This document shows, one piece after another, positions 35,101-48,533 of a DNA stretch of 64,000 nucleotides (position 1 is the first letter of the stretch; each line of letters opens with the position of its first letter). A program made the translations under genes and the position numbers. Where the stretch lies: NCBI GenBank assembly GCA_977017575.1, contig CDRNVI010000140.1, positions 124,001 through 188,000 of the forward strand, given 5' to 3'. This DNA comes from Paramoeba atlantica. Lineage: Eukaryota > Protista > Discosea. The notes under the pieces are model-generated. The model saw only the letters and a program-made list of their open reading frames with translations, searched no databases and was not told where the DNA came from.

Positions 35101-38100
35101 GTGTGTGGAATTTGTAGCAACTGATCCTTGTTGTAATGATTCCCTTTCTTGGGACCAATGCTGTGTCATAGAGGTTTTTTTTTTTCCACTTTTTTCACCT
35201 CAGTAATTTTCAAAATAATTACTCATTTTTTGGGTTCATTCTTGTCTTAGGGTCGTGTCTCTAGAAAAAATGCATCCATTCCTGTTTCCACAAATGATCC
35301 AGAAATTTTAACTTGTAATAATGCTGATTGCATGAAAACTTTTGTATTAGACTACCAGTTTCGTTTCTCTTCCTTTTTTATGAAGGTGTTTCTTTTGTAA
35401 AAGAGAATCTTATATATTTGTTCACCTGGAACCAGGGCTTCTTGGAAAAGAGTTAACCATGAACAGCTTTGTGATTTAAACAATGAGCTTGGGGAGACAC
35501 CGGACATTTACATTCGAGAGTGCAAAACAAAGTGGATAGGAGATGATCTAACAGGTATGCCCTGTGAAATGAATGAAGACTGTATCTCTCTTTTTGGAAC
35601 TGGAACATGTGACCTCACCAAGAATCGTTGTGTTGGGATAAGAAAAGAGATGGAACTTGGATTTTTGCAATGTCTTCTTGATCACATGAATGCTGTCACG
35701 AAATCTTCCTTTTTTACTGGTATTACTGCCACTCTCAGATTGGAGCATCGAAACACTTCTATTTTGACTGCTGAATTTTTGAGAGATTATTTGAAACATG
35801 AAGAGTGTGTAAGTGATTATGGGCCAATGTCTCCTCTCCGAGAGCATTATACAGCCTTGTCTTTGTTGCCACCGGAAGGACAATTATGCCCAAGTGTTTG
35901 TGTTTCTTTTCTTGCTGATATTCGAGATTTTGCTACTTCTGATTGATTGTTTCTTTTTCACACAGTGTTTTGATGTTTGGTGTTTAATGGGATTAGGTTG
36001 CGATTGGCCTTTGCAGGTATTTAATTTAGATTTTTGGAGTCAATATCCCCCCCCCCTTTTTCTTAACTATTCATTAATAGTGTTTGGATGAAAGAGAAAT
36101 TTGCCGTCCTTCTCTTGGTCGTGTTTCATCCAATTGCCAGCCTCCACTTAGCGAAGCTTCTCTTTGTAATTGGGACAATGAGCTGGATGAAGATAATTGC
36201 AAGACTGGTTTTTTTTTTTCTCTCTCTCTCTCCTTTACTTTGAAAGTAATTTTTTTTTTCTAATATGAGATGCAGAGGAATTCCAATGTCTGTATTGTCA
36301 TAACTCACTCAATTGTGTTCCTCTCCCTGCAACCACCAAGGAAGAATGCGAATCAACTCCTATTTGTGTGATATCAAATGGTGAAGTCCGCTGGGATGTT
36401 AGTCAGGTGAAACACAAAAAACTTAATTATTCTCTCTTTTAGAAAATTAATTTGGGTTTTCCAGGAGGATTGTGCTGCAATTCAATATTGTTCAGAGAAG
36501 TGTCTCGGCGCGGAATGTGAAAATCAAGAACAATGTGAAACTTTGAGTGGAACATGTTCTGATACTGATTTAATCATTCGATCAATTCAAGTTAATATTT
36601 TTTTTTTTTACCCCCAACCCCCTTTTCTTTGCTTTCTTTCTCATGAGGTATCTTGAAGCACGCTGTTGATCAATTTCCACTCCTGGGAAATGCTCTGAAT
36701 GGAGTTTGTGTGCGTCCTCTCAATGGGTACAATGCGCCTTCGTGTCCCTATGTGAATGTATTTCGAACAGACCATAGATTTGGGCTTGGTTCTGGAGTTC
36801 TTGATACTTCGATTGGGAATTCCTATGACTTTACAACACAAAGAGGGTTCTTATTATTTCTTCATTACTTTTATAATTTCTGAACTTTCTTAACAACTTT
36901 TTATTTTTATTTTTAGGTGTATCATTTTTTCTAACTGTTCACAAGCTGTGCTTTACTTTGGCATTGGAACTGGAGGCGGAGTTCTTCCGCCTTATTGTGA
37001 ACTCTACGCAAATACAACTGAAACTTGCGCTGAGTGGAACGGTCGATGGCTTCCTCTCCCTATCCAAGTCTTTTTTTCCCCCCTAACTTCTTGATTCAAA
37101 AGTTTGTGCTCTAATAATGGTTTTTTAAATAGAATCAAGAGGACTGTGAAAACCCGTTAGGCCTTGGCGAAGAGGAGTTCCCCGGATTTTGTCAAGAAAG
37201 GGGGGTTCCTTACTATTCCCAAAAAAATCAGTTTGAATGTGAGGCTTGTGGTGGGAAACCAACAACTCCTGCTGATTGGAAGAAAGGGGTCTGGGTGATG
37301 GGTTTTTCTGAAATGGCTCAGTGGAGGTTTACCTTTTTTTCTCTCTCTTTTTTTTTAGAGAATAGAAAATTTTTAATTTTTTTTTTTATTTTCACACGAA
37401 AATTGAATTAATTTTTATATTGCAGACAAAATGAGATGGTTCGAGAATATCAAGTTGTTGATGACACAATATCTTTTTCGATGTTGAACGAACTTTTTGT
37501 GAGGTCTGTTGATGCTGTGGATGCTTTTACGGAACAAGCTGAGATTCACTGTAAAATCTCTTCGTTTACTCCGTATTTGAAGCTCTTAAGTTGTGATTGT
37601 GCTGGTAGTTCTTCTCTCATTTTGCTTTGTTAATAATTGTTAAAACTGATTGCCAAAAAAGGGAATGGAACGGAATGTGAATCACCTTATTCTGATCAAT
37701 CAAAAGAAATTGGTTTTGTCTGGTTTTGTCCTGGAGTTGACTTTCAGGTTTTTTTTTTGACTTTTTTTTTCCTTCTTTTCAAGCTGGAAGTTTTTTTAGT
37801 TTTATTTTCCTTGAATCTTGAATTAACATTTAACGTAGGGATTAAATGGGCAAGTTGTCGTCCAAGGCACTGATGTTAGCGGAGTGATTTGTAAATTGTC
37901 TTCTGTCTCCCTTGCTCCTGTAGAAGTGTTTGTCGGAAATTGGATTCAGTAAGAAATCTCATTTTTTTGTCAAAGAGGGAGAGAGATAGAGCAGGTTAAT
38001 CGAATAGGTGTAATTTTGTATTTATTTCTTTATTTTTTTTTAGGGTTCCCTTGACCATTTTAGGAGATCCGAATGAAGTTGATCCTCTTCCTGTTCGAAA

Positions 38101-39449
38101 CGATGTTGGTGCAAGTGTTGGAAAGGTTGTGGGAGATGGGTTTTCTCTCAATGACCTTGGGAGTGATGTTTGGGGTGGAGATGTTCTTGCAAGTTTGTTT
38201 TCTTTTTTTTTTTTCATTGTGTTGAATGCTTGCTCATAAATCATTGGCAGTGTCTGTACGATTTTTTGGAAGAAAAGATCTTCTTGCTGATTGTGACCCT
38301 TCCCATTACTTCGATTTAGGAATTGAAATTACTGATCTCAAGGAAAAGTTCTATCCAAATCAGGTTTTTCTGAAAACAATTAGTTTCTTTTTTCTGAAAA
38401 AATTCTTCTTCTAAATTTGAACCGCCAAAAGATCGAAATTCGGCCATTGGATGCCCCATCAGTCACCCCCATTTTTACGGTGGGATCTGTTGTTGATGAT
38501 GATGTTCAAATTACAGGACAATGGCTCAAACCTCTTTCATATGAATCAAAAACTCGTTTATATCCAATTGTTCGACAGATTGATTGGAAAAATGGTTTTT
38601 TTTTTCTTTGTCCTTTCTTCTTTCTTGTTGAATTTTTCTCATTCAAAGAAAACAGAGGGAAAAAATAATATTCTCTCTGATGGTGAAAAAGCGATGGTCG
38701 CAGTTTTTGCTGCTTTGTATGGGGTAGGGTTTGTAATATCTTCCATTGTGTTAGTTTACGTGATCCTGAAAGTCCAATCCCTGGCAAATATTATTACTTT
38801 TATCCTCTTCTTCATGATTCTTGCAACTCACCTGTTTCGGTGTGTCTACTTTTCTCTGTTTGCTTCTGGGCATCTGCAGACTGAGGATATTTCGTCTTAT
38901 GTGTTGGTGGAACCGCCATCTTTCTTTTTGATTTCTGTTGGATCAATTTTGTTGATGTCATTCGCTTTTTGCGCTTATTGTTTGAAGACTGCAACTCCAC
39001 AACAAGATGCTTTTTTTCGTTATTGGAGCCTTTGGGGTGTTTCAAATATATTCTTGTATCTGATGTTGGTAGTCGTTCTGGTTGTTTTGTCCCAAGTTGA
39101 GACAAGCGACAAGGTGATCGAAGATTGTTTTGGTCGGGAGGTTGAAACAAACCAAAATTTTAATGTCCAAACTGTTCGAATTGCGTACCATTCTTTCTTG
39201 TTGGTTGTGGCGACCATCTCTGTCTCCCTGATCCTCTATTTTAATCGACAAATGGAACAAAATATTCAAGTTCGATCGATGAAACTCTTAACTATCATCA
39301 GCGGAATTTCTATTTTCTTGACAAACTTGTTATGGGTGATCTATTCAGGTGCGTCGGGTTCTTCTCCTTATTTTGTAATTCCTTTGTGGTTTTGTGAGGG
39401 CCTTCCCTTGACGGTCATCCCATTTTTAGTGTTCCCAACAAAGGAATAA
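32181..39449 (+). CDS. Large signal-peptide, Cys-rich ectodomain protein with a C-terminal 7-TM (THH1/TOM1/GPR137-like) domain; many exons
   Basis: Signal peptide MLSSLFFSCLLLSQAWS; numerous Cys-rich plus-strand exons (e.g. CEMNEDC..GTCD..KNRC); final exon with about 7 hydrophobic helices incl. VLVEPPSFFLIS, ending FPTKE*. Continuity as a single gene was not verified exon by exon. Confidence 0.6.
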
Positions 39450-39561
39450 TTTTTTTTTCATTAAATTAATTTGAATTTTTAATTTTTAATTTTTTTGTTG
39501 TTATTTTTTACTTCTTTTCTTTTTGAAGTTGGTTAAGTCGGAGAGAGAGAGAGAGAATCTC

Positions 39562-41615
39562 TCAACTCAATCGTTCATACTCATAATAACTCGTTAACAC
39601 CCTCCTTGAGAAAATCAACTCCTTCCAAAAAACTTGGACGAAATTATGTGTCATAAAAGATATTAAAAGAACAACCAATAAGAGGAAACAAACGATACCG
39701 TTAAAACAAAGAATGAAAATAGGCCAGTTTTTCTCCTCTTCACACAGGGTGGGGTTGATTCGGGGGTGAGAAGCAACACACTTCAAGTAATTTACTCTTT
39801 CGGTATAATTTTCACGAGATGGAATCGAAATTAAGATAATGGCGAGGATTTCTATGCAAAGTGAGTAACCTCCAGCAACCAATGATCGCCTAAAAAAAAA
39901 TTCAAAAATTATCTTGTGGATTGGAAAAATTTTTGTTCCTTCAATTCAATAGTCAAATCACAAGATGAAGAAGAAGAAAAAAGGAGAATCAAACACAAAC
40001 CATTGAAAATAAATAATATGCTTCCCCCGTCTCATAAACAAAGCAGCTGCAAGAACCAAAAATGTCAGACTCATCACTCCACCAACAAGAAGAGAGCCGA
40101 TATAAACCCACTTTCCAAGAGGGGATGTCGGAAAGGGAGAGTCAAAAACTGGCAATGGGAGAAAGAATTCGTTTGTTGAATTGTCAAGAAGACCTAAGAG
40201 AAAGAGAGATGGTACAAGTGAATATAAAATGCACACCCCTTCCATGAGGAGAACAATTGAGAGTGAGACTGGCTTTCCAATAAACTTTTCGAATTTTGAT
40301 GTGAAAGGCCTATTTGAAATTGGGAAAAAAGGAGAAAGGAATTAATAAAAAAATAAAAAATCCATTCCTTTTCCTTGACAAGATTTCCATTCACTTCTCA
40401 TTACAACCAACCAAAAGAAATTTAAAAAAACCAAACCTCGCTGCATTACAAAACAAATTGAACGAAAAAAGGGTCCAGTGGGAAGTAGACAAAGAAATAA
40501 AAAAGAATGAGAGAAAATATTGCACAAAAGATCGTGGGGAATCACCATACTGTCCCAAAGCTTTCAAATAATTCTTCTCTCCTCCACAAATATATGAATC
40601 AGCTCCTGGTTTACCATAAATAATAAGTTCACAAAGAAATAAAAAAATTAGTTTCTTTCTTTTTGAACAAAAATGAAACCTTCGAAAATGACCCATAATT
40701 CCGTCAAATTGGCGAAAACGAAAGCAAAAAAAGCCACAAAAAGAACATAGTTTGGATAGCTATTGTGCTATTGTTAGAAAAGAAGAAGAAGAAAAATCAA
40801 TCAAAATTATTAATAAAAATCAATCTATTGGTTATTCTCAAAAATAACAAATTTTCAAAATATGATTATAAATAAAAGAAGAAAATAAGAATAAAAAAAC
40901 AGAAAAAATAAAGAAAGAACCTGAAATCACCAACAGCAAGAAAAGGAAGAGCGGCAACAAACAAAACCAACAAAATAGCGATCATCAGAACCAAAGAAAA
41001 GATCCTGATCCCTCTCTCTCTCTCTCTCCCATACAAATATTGGGGACATTCAATGACACATTCTTCATCATTGTCATCTTTTATGAATGGTCCAATGCAA
41101 CATTCCATTGTTTCTTTTGTGCTGTTTAGACATGTTGTCACTGCGATTGGTTCTTTTTGGGCTTGTTGGATTTGTTCTTTGACTTCTTCTTGACAAATTG
41201 TTGAAAGAAGAGAAGGAGAGGGGGGTGGTGAAGGAGTTGTACAATTCAGAAAAGGAAAGTCATCAGAACATTCCTCTGAAACTTGAATACAATACTCTTC
41301 TTCCAAACACTGCTGTTCTTCAGGGGGAGAAGGAGAAGGAGAAGAAGAAGAACTTTGACAAACAAACGCTCCAAACATCACTTGGCAATAATAAGAAAGA
41401 AAAGATCTTCGACAATTTGGAGTTCTCATTCGAACATCTGAAACAGTTAGAGACAATTCTTGGTCAAAGAAATTTTGTTGTTCATTTTCTTGGATTGAGA
41501 CATTCCCAAGTATTGGTGTACATTCGTTGTTGAGAGTGTATTGAAAACATTGAGGGTCAGATTTTGAGAGATTAGAGAAAGAGAGGAGGATGACCAAGAA
41601 AAGGCTCACAAACAT
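39562..41615 (-). CDS. Frizzled/Smoothened-like GPCR (Fz-type CRD + 7TM), copy A
   Basis: Signal peptide; CRD CFQY..C..CRRSFLSYYCQVMFG..C; linker ECC..PF....CVIECPQY; TM exons; last exon YLKCVASHPR..C....FWKELIF. Confidence 0.75.
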
Positions 41616-41942
41616 TCACAAAACAAACATTCACAAAACAAACATCAAGAAGAAAGATGACGAGAGAGAATAACCAAACAAAAAAACAAGCAACAAAAAG
41701 GTGTGTCCTTCGAAAAAAGAATCAAAATCGGCAAAAAGAAAGAAAACGGAAAGAAAGAAAGGTGTGGTGTTCAACAAGAATTTTTCAAGAAAGGTTGTGC
41801 TTGGCTGAGGCGCTAGATTTAGCCCTTCCCCCTTTCTTTTTTTGTTTTTGTTTTTGTTTTTGTTTTTGTTTGTTTGTTGTCAAGGAGGTCCCAATTTTGT
41901 TTTGTGGATCGAGGAGAACCTCCTCAATATCAAATTAACTCG

Positions 41943-42002
41943 ATGAAAAGATGACCAAGCACATGAAAAGATGACCAAACACACGAAAAGATGACAAACA
42001 AC
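41943..42002. repeat. 3 x 20-bp imperfect tandem repeat (atgaaaagatgaccaa[g/a]cac)
   Basis: Units at 41943-41962, 41963-41982 and 41983-42002 lie in the region between divergent GPCR-A and Ras. Confidence 0.8.
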
Positions 42003-42148
42003 TCGAAACAGTTTCGCTGATTTTTTGTGTCACGATCGACTGAACAAAAGTCTGAGGACCAACGATCCAAATTTCGACAACCAACTCTTTTTTGGTTTTG
42101 CAACCACAACACAACACAACAAAAAACAACAAAAAACAAAGACAAAAA

Positions 42149-42972
42149 ATGGGATCTTTTTGGAGTCGAAAATTGAGAGCATCATGTACACCACGACCAG
42201 AGATTTCAGAAGAAGAGCGTCCAAGGAACTGTTCTCATCTCCAAATTTGTGTTCTTGGAGAAGGAGGAGTTGGAAAGACAGCATACACCATTCGATTTTC
42301 TTCTGATCGTTTTGTGACTGAGTATGACCCAACCATTTCTGGTCTTTTTCTTTTGTTTGCTTGTTTGTTTGTTTGTTTGTTTGTTTCTCTCACATTTTTT
42401 TGAAGATTGTGTTGATCTAGAGAGAGAGGAGAGGGAAAGGGGGGGATGAATGAACTCAAAAAAATTATATTTCAGATTATTACAGGAAGCAAGTGGTTGT
42501 TGGGGGTAAGGCAAGAATGATTGAGGTCCTTGATACAGCAGGACAAGAGGAATTTAAAGCGCAAAGAGATGAGTGGATTCGGGATTCCGATGGATTTTTG
42601 GTTATGTTTTCGATCACAAACAGGAATTCTTTTAACCAGGTTGATGAATTCTTGGAGACCATCATGAGAGTTAAACAAGGAGATGACTGGCCAATTCTGA
42701 TTCTGGGAAATAAGTGTGATTTGGAAGACAAACGACAAGTTTCGACGTCTGAGGCGAAGAGCAAATTCAACCACATTTATATGGAGACAAGCGCAATGAC
42801 GAGAACGAATATTCAAGAGGCTATGGAACGAATTGTTTCCATGTTTATTTCTGGAGAGAATTCTATTCCTTTCAAAACCAACATTAAAGGTGCAGTTTCA
42901 CGATCTTGTGTTGCTCAAAGACAAAGAGCAAATTCCTTTGCTGATTTGAGTGATGTTGATCCTTTTAGATGA
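42149..42972 (+). CDS. Ras-family GTPase, N-terminal MGxxxS extension, no CAAX; 2 exons
   Basis: MGSFWS..., GEGGVGKT, YDPTIS|DYYRK, DTAGQEE, GNKCDL, ETSAM, ends DVDPFR*. Intron about 42342-42475. Confidence 0.92.
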
Positions 42973-43239
42973 AGAAAAAAGGTGGATGAATAGAGAAAGA
43001 CAAACAAAAAAACAAACAACCAACAAAAGTTTGAAAAAGAATCAAAATCGTCCAAAAGAAAGAAATCGGCATTAAAAAAAAATCGAAAATAAAAAAACGA
43101 GACCGAATTTGATTTTAGCCTCGATAATTAAAAAATAGAGCTTTATTTATTTTTTACCTCTTTTTCTCTTTTTTGCTTTGTTCGTTCTTTTGTTCGCTTT
43201 TTTGTTTTATTTTTTTTGTTTTGTTTTTGTTTATCAGGG

Positions 43240-45219
43240 ATGTCCCAATATGGTTTTGTGGGTCAAGAACAAGAGTATCAACCTGTTCGACAACATATTG
43301 TTTATGATGGAAAACGTCTTCGAAAAAGAATTGGTCCTCGAAAAACAATCGATTTCAATCCATCTGTTTTACTTCGTTGCGAAGAACGCGCAACAGAGAG
43401 AGACTATCGAGACAGACCTTTCATTCCTCCTCGATTGTTCTTTCTTTCTCGAATGTTTCCTGCAAATTCGACAACAGAACAATCTGCAACTGTTTTTTGT
43501 ACAAGACATGTCAGTACTGCAATGAATAAAGTTCGTCATCCTGTGAATGTTGTTTCTTGGATGCCTGAAGGACGTCGGTTGGTGACTGGGAGTTCGAGTG
43601 GTGAGTTGACTTTGTGGAATGGTTTGACTTTTAACTTTGAGTTGGTTTGTTTTCTTTTTTTTTGATTCTCTTTTTTTTCATTCACCTTTTCTTTTCAACA
43701 AAAAAAAAAAGTCTTTGTGAATTGATCTTTTCTTTTCTTTTTTTCTTTAGGTTTGGCAAGCCCATTATACCGCTGTTCGAGCAATTGTTTGGACACACAA
43801 TGGAGATTATATGATTTCTGGTGATAATAGTGGGACAATTAAGTATTGGCAACCAGATATGAGTGATGTTAAAGATTTTAAGGTTTTGATTTTTAACTTT
43901 CAAAAAAAATAAGAGAAAAAAAATCGAAACGATCCTCAGTGTACACATTTTAAATTCTCTCTTTTTTCCTTTTTCACTTCCAGGCACATACTGAATCAGT
44001 AAGAGGGATCACTTTTGCTCCAACTGATATCAAATTTGCGACTTGCGCGGATGACAGTCTTATCAAGATCTGGGATTTTGCGACTCATAAGGAAGAGACA
44101 GTTCTTCAAGGTCACGGTTGGGATGTGAAAACCATCGCTTGGCATCCTTATAAAAATATGCTTGTTTCTGGGAGTAAAGACAATCTTATTAAGATTTGGG
44201 ATCCAAAATCAGGAAACACAGTTTCGACTCTTCATGCGCATAAAAACACCGTTGTTAAAGTTGATATCAATCGAAATGGAAATTGGTTATTAACCGCATC
44301 TCGAGACCAATTGATCAAACTTTTCGATATTCGAACAATGAAGGAAATTCAAACTTTCCGAGGACATAAACACGAAGTTTGTACGACAGCATGGCATCCG
44401 TTTCAAGAAGAACTGTTCGTCAGTGGTGGGTCTGATGGGTCAATCTATTATTGGCTTGTTGGAATGGATAATCCTCAGGCTGAGATTGTTGGCGCACATG
44501 ATAATATCGTGTGGTCTCTTGATTTTCATCCTCTTGGTCACATTCTCTGTAGTGGCGGGAATGATCACACAACCAAGTTTTGGACTCGAAGCCGCCCAGG
44601 TGACGAAATCACAGATAAAGAAAAGACTGGAACCACCTTTGGGATGTCCTCGCATGTCGTTTCTTTTGATTACACTCAAAATACACAAAAGAAAGAGGAA
44701 TTAAAAGCAGGAAGTTCGCGTTATGCTTTGCCAGGACTGACAACTCCTGGACCTGGTTTTTCGATCCCTGGTCTCTCAGGAAGTTCTCGTCCATTTTCTG
44801 CTGGGGGAAAGAGTGCAGATGTAAAGTCATTAAGTCTTTTTGATTTGCCAAAAGCTCCTTCTGGTTCTGCGACTCAAACCGAAAGAGGAGGAGGTCAGAA
44901 AAGAGAGAAGAATCAACAACAAGGGAGATATCAGGTGGTACCGACACAACAACCTCCTCCTCCTCCTCCCCCAAGCAATAGCTCACACCAGTTTCAAGGA
45001 CAACCATATCAGCAGTTTCAATCGGGACAGCAACTCCAAGCTCAGGGACAGCATCAAGATCCTCAACAACAAATGCCCCAATTTCAACAACAACAAATGT
45101 CCCAGTTCCAACAACAACAACAACAACCATTCCCACCCCAACCTTCACCAGGAGGACAATTTCCCTTTCAACCTCAACAACAAATTCCTCAGCAAGGAAT
45201 CCCACCACAACAATATTAA
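43240..45219 (+). CDS. WDR33: Pre-mRNA 3'-end processing WD40 protein WDR33/PFS2/FY
   Basis: [56 protein letters not shown]40 repeats, [10 protein letters not shown]; Gln/Pro-rich tail. Confidence 0.95.
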
Positions 45220-45656
45220 CAAAAAAAAAAGCTGTTGAACAACCAAGACTCAAAAAAAATATCTCAGAGCAGTTTTTTGTTTTTGTTTTTACTTTTCGTG
45301 AGGGTCCTTGTTTTGTTGAGAGTTCCTCTCCGAAGATGAATCACTGTGCCTTTTTCCTCGTTGAATTTTTTGAAAAAAAGCTGATCGAGGATTTTTTGGT
45401 CGATCCCCACAACTTTTTATCTTTTTGGGATCAAAAAAACCAAGCCGAACCTTTTCCTTTTGGGGTTTCGAAGTTTCTAAAATCATTTTGGTATTTTTGA
45501 TTTAAAAAACAATAATCAATTTCAATAAAAGGGTTGTCACTACCGTGATCAGCGATGTAGTGCACGTTCAGTTTTTTGTAAATTCTGGGGTTGGCAAAGG
45601 AGGAAAGAAGAGAACAAGAGAAAAAGAGAGAGAGAGAGTACCCCCAAGAGACACAA

Positions 45657-48406
45657 TGTCATCCAGGAAAACGAAAGAAGATATGGACGACGCGATTGCA
45701 AAATGGGCAGGGAAAGATGAGGTCGCTCTCTCCCTTGAGGCGAAACGTGCTGCTGCTTCACCTCGAGTTCCAAAGTTGAAAGAGGTCAAAGTTGAAAGTG
45801 CTGTCAGCGCTTGGCTTGGTGATGGGGAGAAAGGAGCAGGTTTTTTTCTCTCTCTCTCTCTCTCTCTCTTTCTTTTTTCTCTCTCTTCCTCTTTTCTGAT
45901 GCTTTTTGAAGATAAACGCCCAAAGTCAGCTCGGGGAGAAAGACCCAAAAGAAGCGGACCGCAGATGACAAGTCTCCCCTCATTCAGCAAAGACGATATC
46001 CAACAACCACAACCTGATTTAAGTCAATCTTCAGGTTCTCTTTTTTCTTTTCGCTGTTCCAAAAACTTTCTTTCTCCAAAACAAAATTTCGTAACCATTC
46101 CACACACCTAAAAGGGAGAGAACCTTCCACGGCAGAACCCGTATCCCCGGGATGGCAAGGTCCAAAAAAACGACAACCAAGAGTTGCAGGATCAGCAATC
46201 TTCAAAGAACAAAACCGAACTCGAAAACAAGGTGGTTCTGTTTTAAATTTGCATACAGCGAGATCATCCCTTTCAGATGCTCCTCTTCCTCCCCCTCTCT
46301 CTCCAAACGTAGGGGTTATTCGTCGTTCAACCCCCATTTCACCTACAACTTCACCCACAAATTTTGATTCATCAGGATCTTTTATAGCAGGAGATGAATA
46401 CTCTCCAGTTCAAACACCAGATTCTCCAGTTCGGAAACCATTATTATCTCCCGATCCAGGAATGCTTTATTCCCCACTCCCAGGAACTCTCAATCAACCT
46501 ATGTCCTGGGCAGATCAACAACAACTTCTCCAACCTCTCAATCATGTTTTCTTTTTTTTTTCTCTCTCTCTTTTTTTGATCAATATTTTTTCAATTGAGT
46601 TGGCTCAACAAAACAATTGACCAGGAATCTAAATCCGATGAAGACCGTGCGAAGGAAGGGGCTGATGATGATAAACGCAGTGAAGAATGTGTTTCCCCAA
46701 ATGAAGAGACAAATGGAACTGAGGATGCTAAAAAAGAGGAGGAAGAGAGGAGGGAGGAGAAAGAGAAGGGAGAAGAGGGGAGGAGAGGGGAGGAAACCGA
46801 TGAACAAGGAGGGGCTGAGACTGAAAAACGAAAGAAAAGTGAGACAACAACGATTGATACAACAAAATGTCAGGAGAGTAGTGGTCAAGAATACTTACCA
46901 AGCCCACGTGCGAGAGGCACAAGAGGAGAGCGAGGATTTCAAATTGGAGGGCGATGCAAAGAAAATGCCCCGACTGTGAAAAGCTGGTGTAAAAGCCAAG
47001 ATGGATCTGAAACTTGTGGGGGAGGGGGAGGGGGAGATGATCGTCGAGAAAATTTCTCAACAAGAATGAGGAATAAGACCATGTTGGTTGAGGAGATGGG
47101 AGTTTGGATGACTGATCGCTCTGCTATTACGGGTGTGATGGAAGGAAAATCTCCTCAAACCCAGTCGCCGTCGTCAACTGTGGGGGGTCATGAAAGGAAA
47201 AAGCGAGTCTTAAAATCAAAAGCCACAAAACTTATGAAAGGAAAACAACAACACAAAGAGACAATCTTCGAGCAATCGTTGAACGAATTGTTTATGGCTT
47301 CTGGTTCGCCTATTCCTTTATTTGTGGTTCAATGTATAAAGTATTTCAAAACCTCTGGGGCACTGAAGCAGGAGGGTGTTTTTCGTGTCAGTGGTTCGAG
47401 GGATGCCGTTGCAGGTTTGAAAGCTCATTTTCAGATTGCAACAGATCTTCTTGACCTGGATGAACTCACTGATGATCCGAACGCTGTCGCATCGTTGTTG
47501 AAATCTTTTTATCGTGACCTTCCGGAACCCATTATGACCCATTCTCTCTCTTATGAAGCGTATGAAAACTTTCAGACTCAGATGGAATCTGAAGGACGAA
47601 TCGAACAAGTGAGGGAAATGATTGGAAAACTACCTCTTTTGAATGCGATTAATCTTCGTTTTTTAATTGAATTTTTGAATACGATTTTGATCTATTCAGA
47701 GAGAAACAAGATGACTTCGGAAAACTTAGCGATTGTGTGGGGTCCGAATCTGTTTCGTGTCTCTCAGGAAAAAGACTCTATGAATGTGGTTGCTTCTCAA
47801 TTTGATAAAGTTGTGACTGAGTTTTTGATTGAACATTACGAGAAAATCTTTGAGGGAGTTGCGACACAGAAGTTAGAAGATCCAAACAAGCGAAAAGGGA
47901 ATTCGATCAAATCATCCGAAAGAGGAAAGTCCTTTGTTGTTGAGTACGCTCACTCTGCGATGTTGGACAAAGAATTATCGTTTGGAATTGGAGATGAGTT
48001 AGTACTTCTTGGTCCTGGACCTTCAGAAGGAACTTTCTTGGCTCGAAATAGCAGTAATGAAGCAGAAGGGCTGGTTTCCTGCTCCGTTGTCCCAGCTAAT
48101 CTCGTCCAACGTTTTGCTTTAGAAGCCAAAACACAAGATGTGGTAACTTGGCCTTTTTGTCCGCACTCCGGAACTGTTCAACGAAAGATGGTAGTGAAAA
48201 AAGATCGAACTGTGAATGAAGTGTTGAAATCTGTGGCTATTAAAATGGCTGCTGATCGATCAGAATTGCAACTTGTGAGAATTACTGTTGAACCAATTGA
48301 AGATAGTGCAAATATGTTAGAAGTCTTAGCGAAGAATGAGAATATTGGAATAATGTGGAATGGAAAATTGAGTGATACTGTCACAATTCCTCCCAAAAAA
48401 GAATAA
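45657..48406 (+). CDS. RhoGAP with degenerate SH3-like and ubiquitin/RA-like C-terminal regions; multi-exon
   Basis: IPLFVVQCI..EGVFRVSG (Arg finger), DPNAVASLLKSFYRDLPEPI, NKMTSENLAIVWGPNLFR; ELSFGIGDELVLL..EGLV; low-complexity N-terminal exons. Confidence 0.9.
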
Positions 48407-48491
48407 AATCAAAATAACAAAAACTTTTTATTAAAAACATAAAATGTGTTTGGGAAGAACTTTCAGAAAAGGAAAGTGCACCTTGTACGTT

Positions 48492-48533
48492 GTTACCAAC
48501 TCGTAGTTACCAACTTGTAGTTACCAACTTGTT
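48492..48533. repeat. 3 x 14-bp tandem repeat (gttaccaactYgta) spanning the CTSZ-a stop codon
   Basis: Units start at 48492, 48506 and 48520; each carries AGTTGGTAA on the minus strand. Confidence 0.85.

Noticed and set aside
44609-45253. 214-aa antisense ORF over the WDR33 Gln-rich tail (similar cases at 2838-3474, 8975-9445 and 9694-10554)
   Set aside because: Expected stop-poor antisense frames of low-complexity coding sequence.
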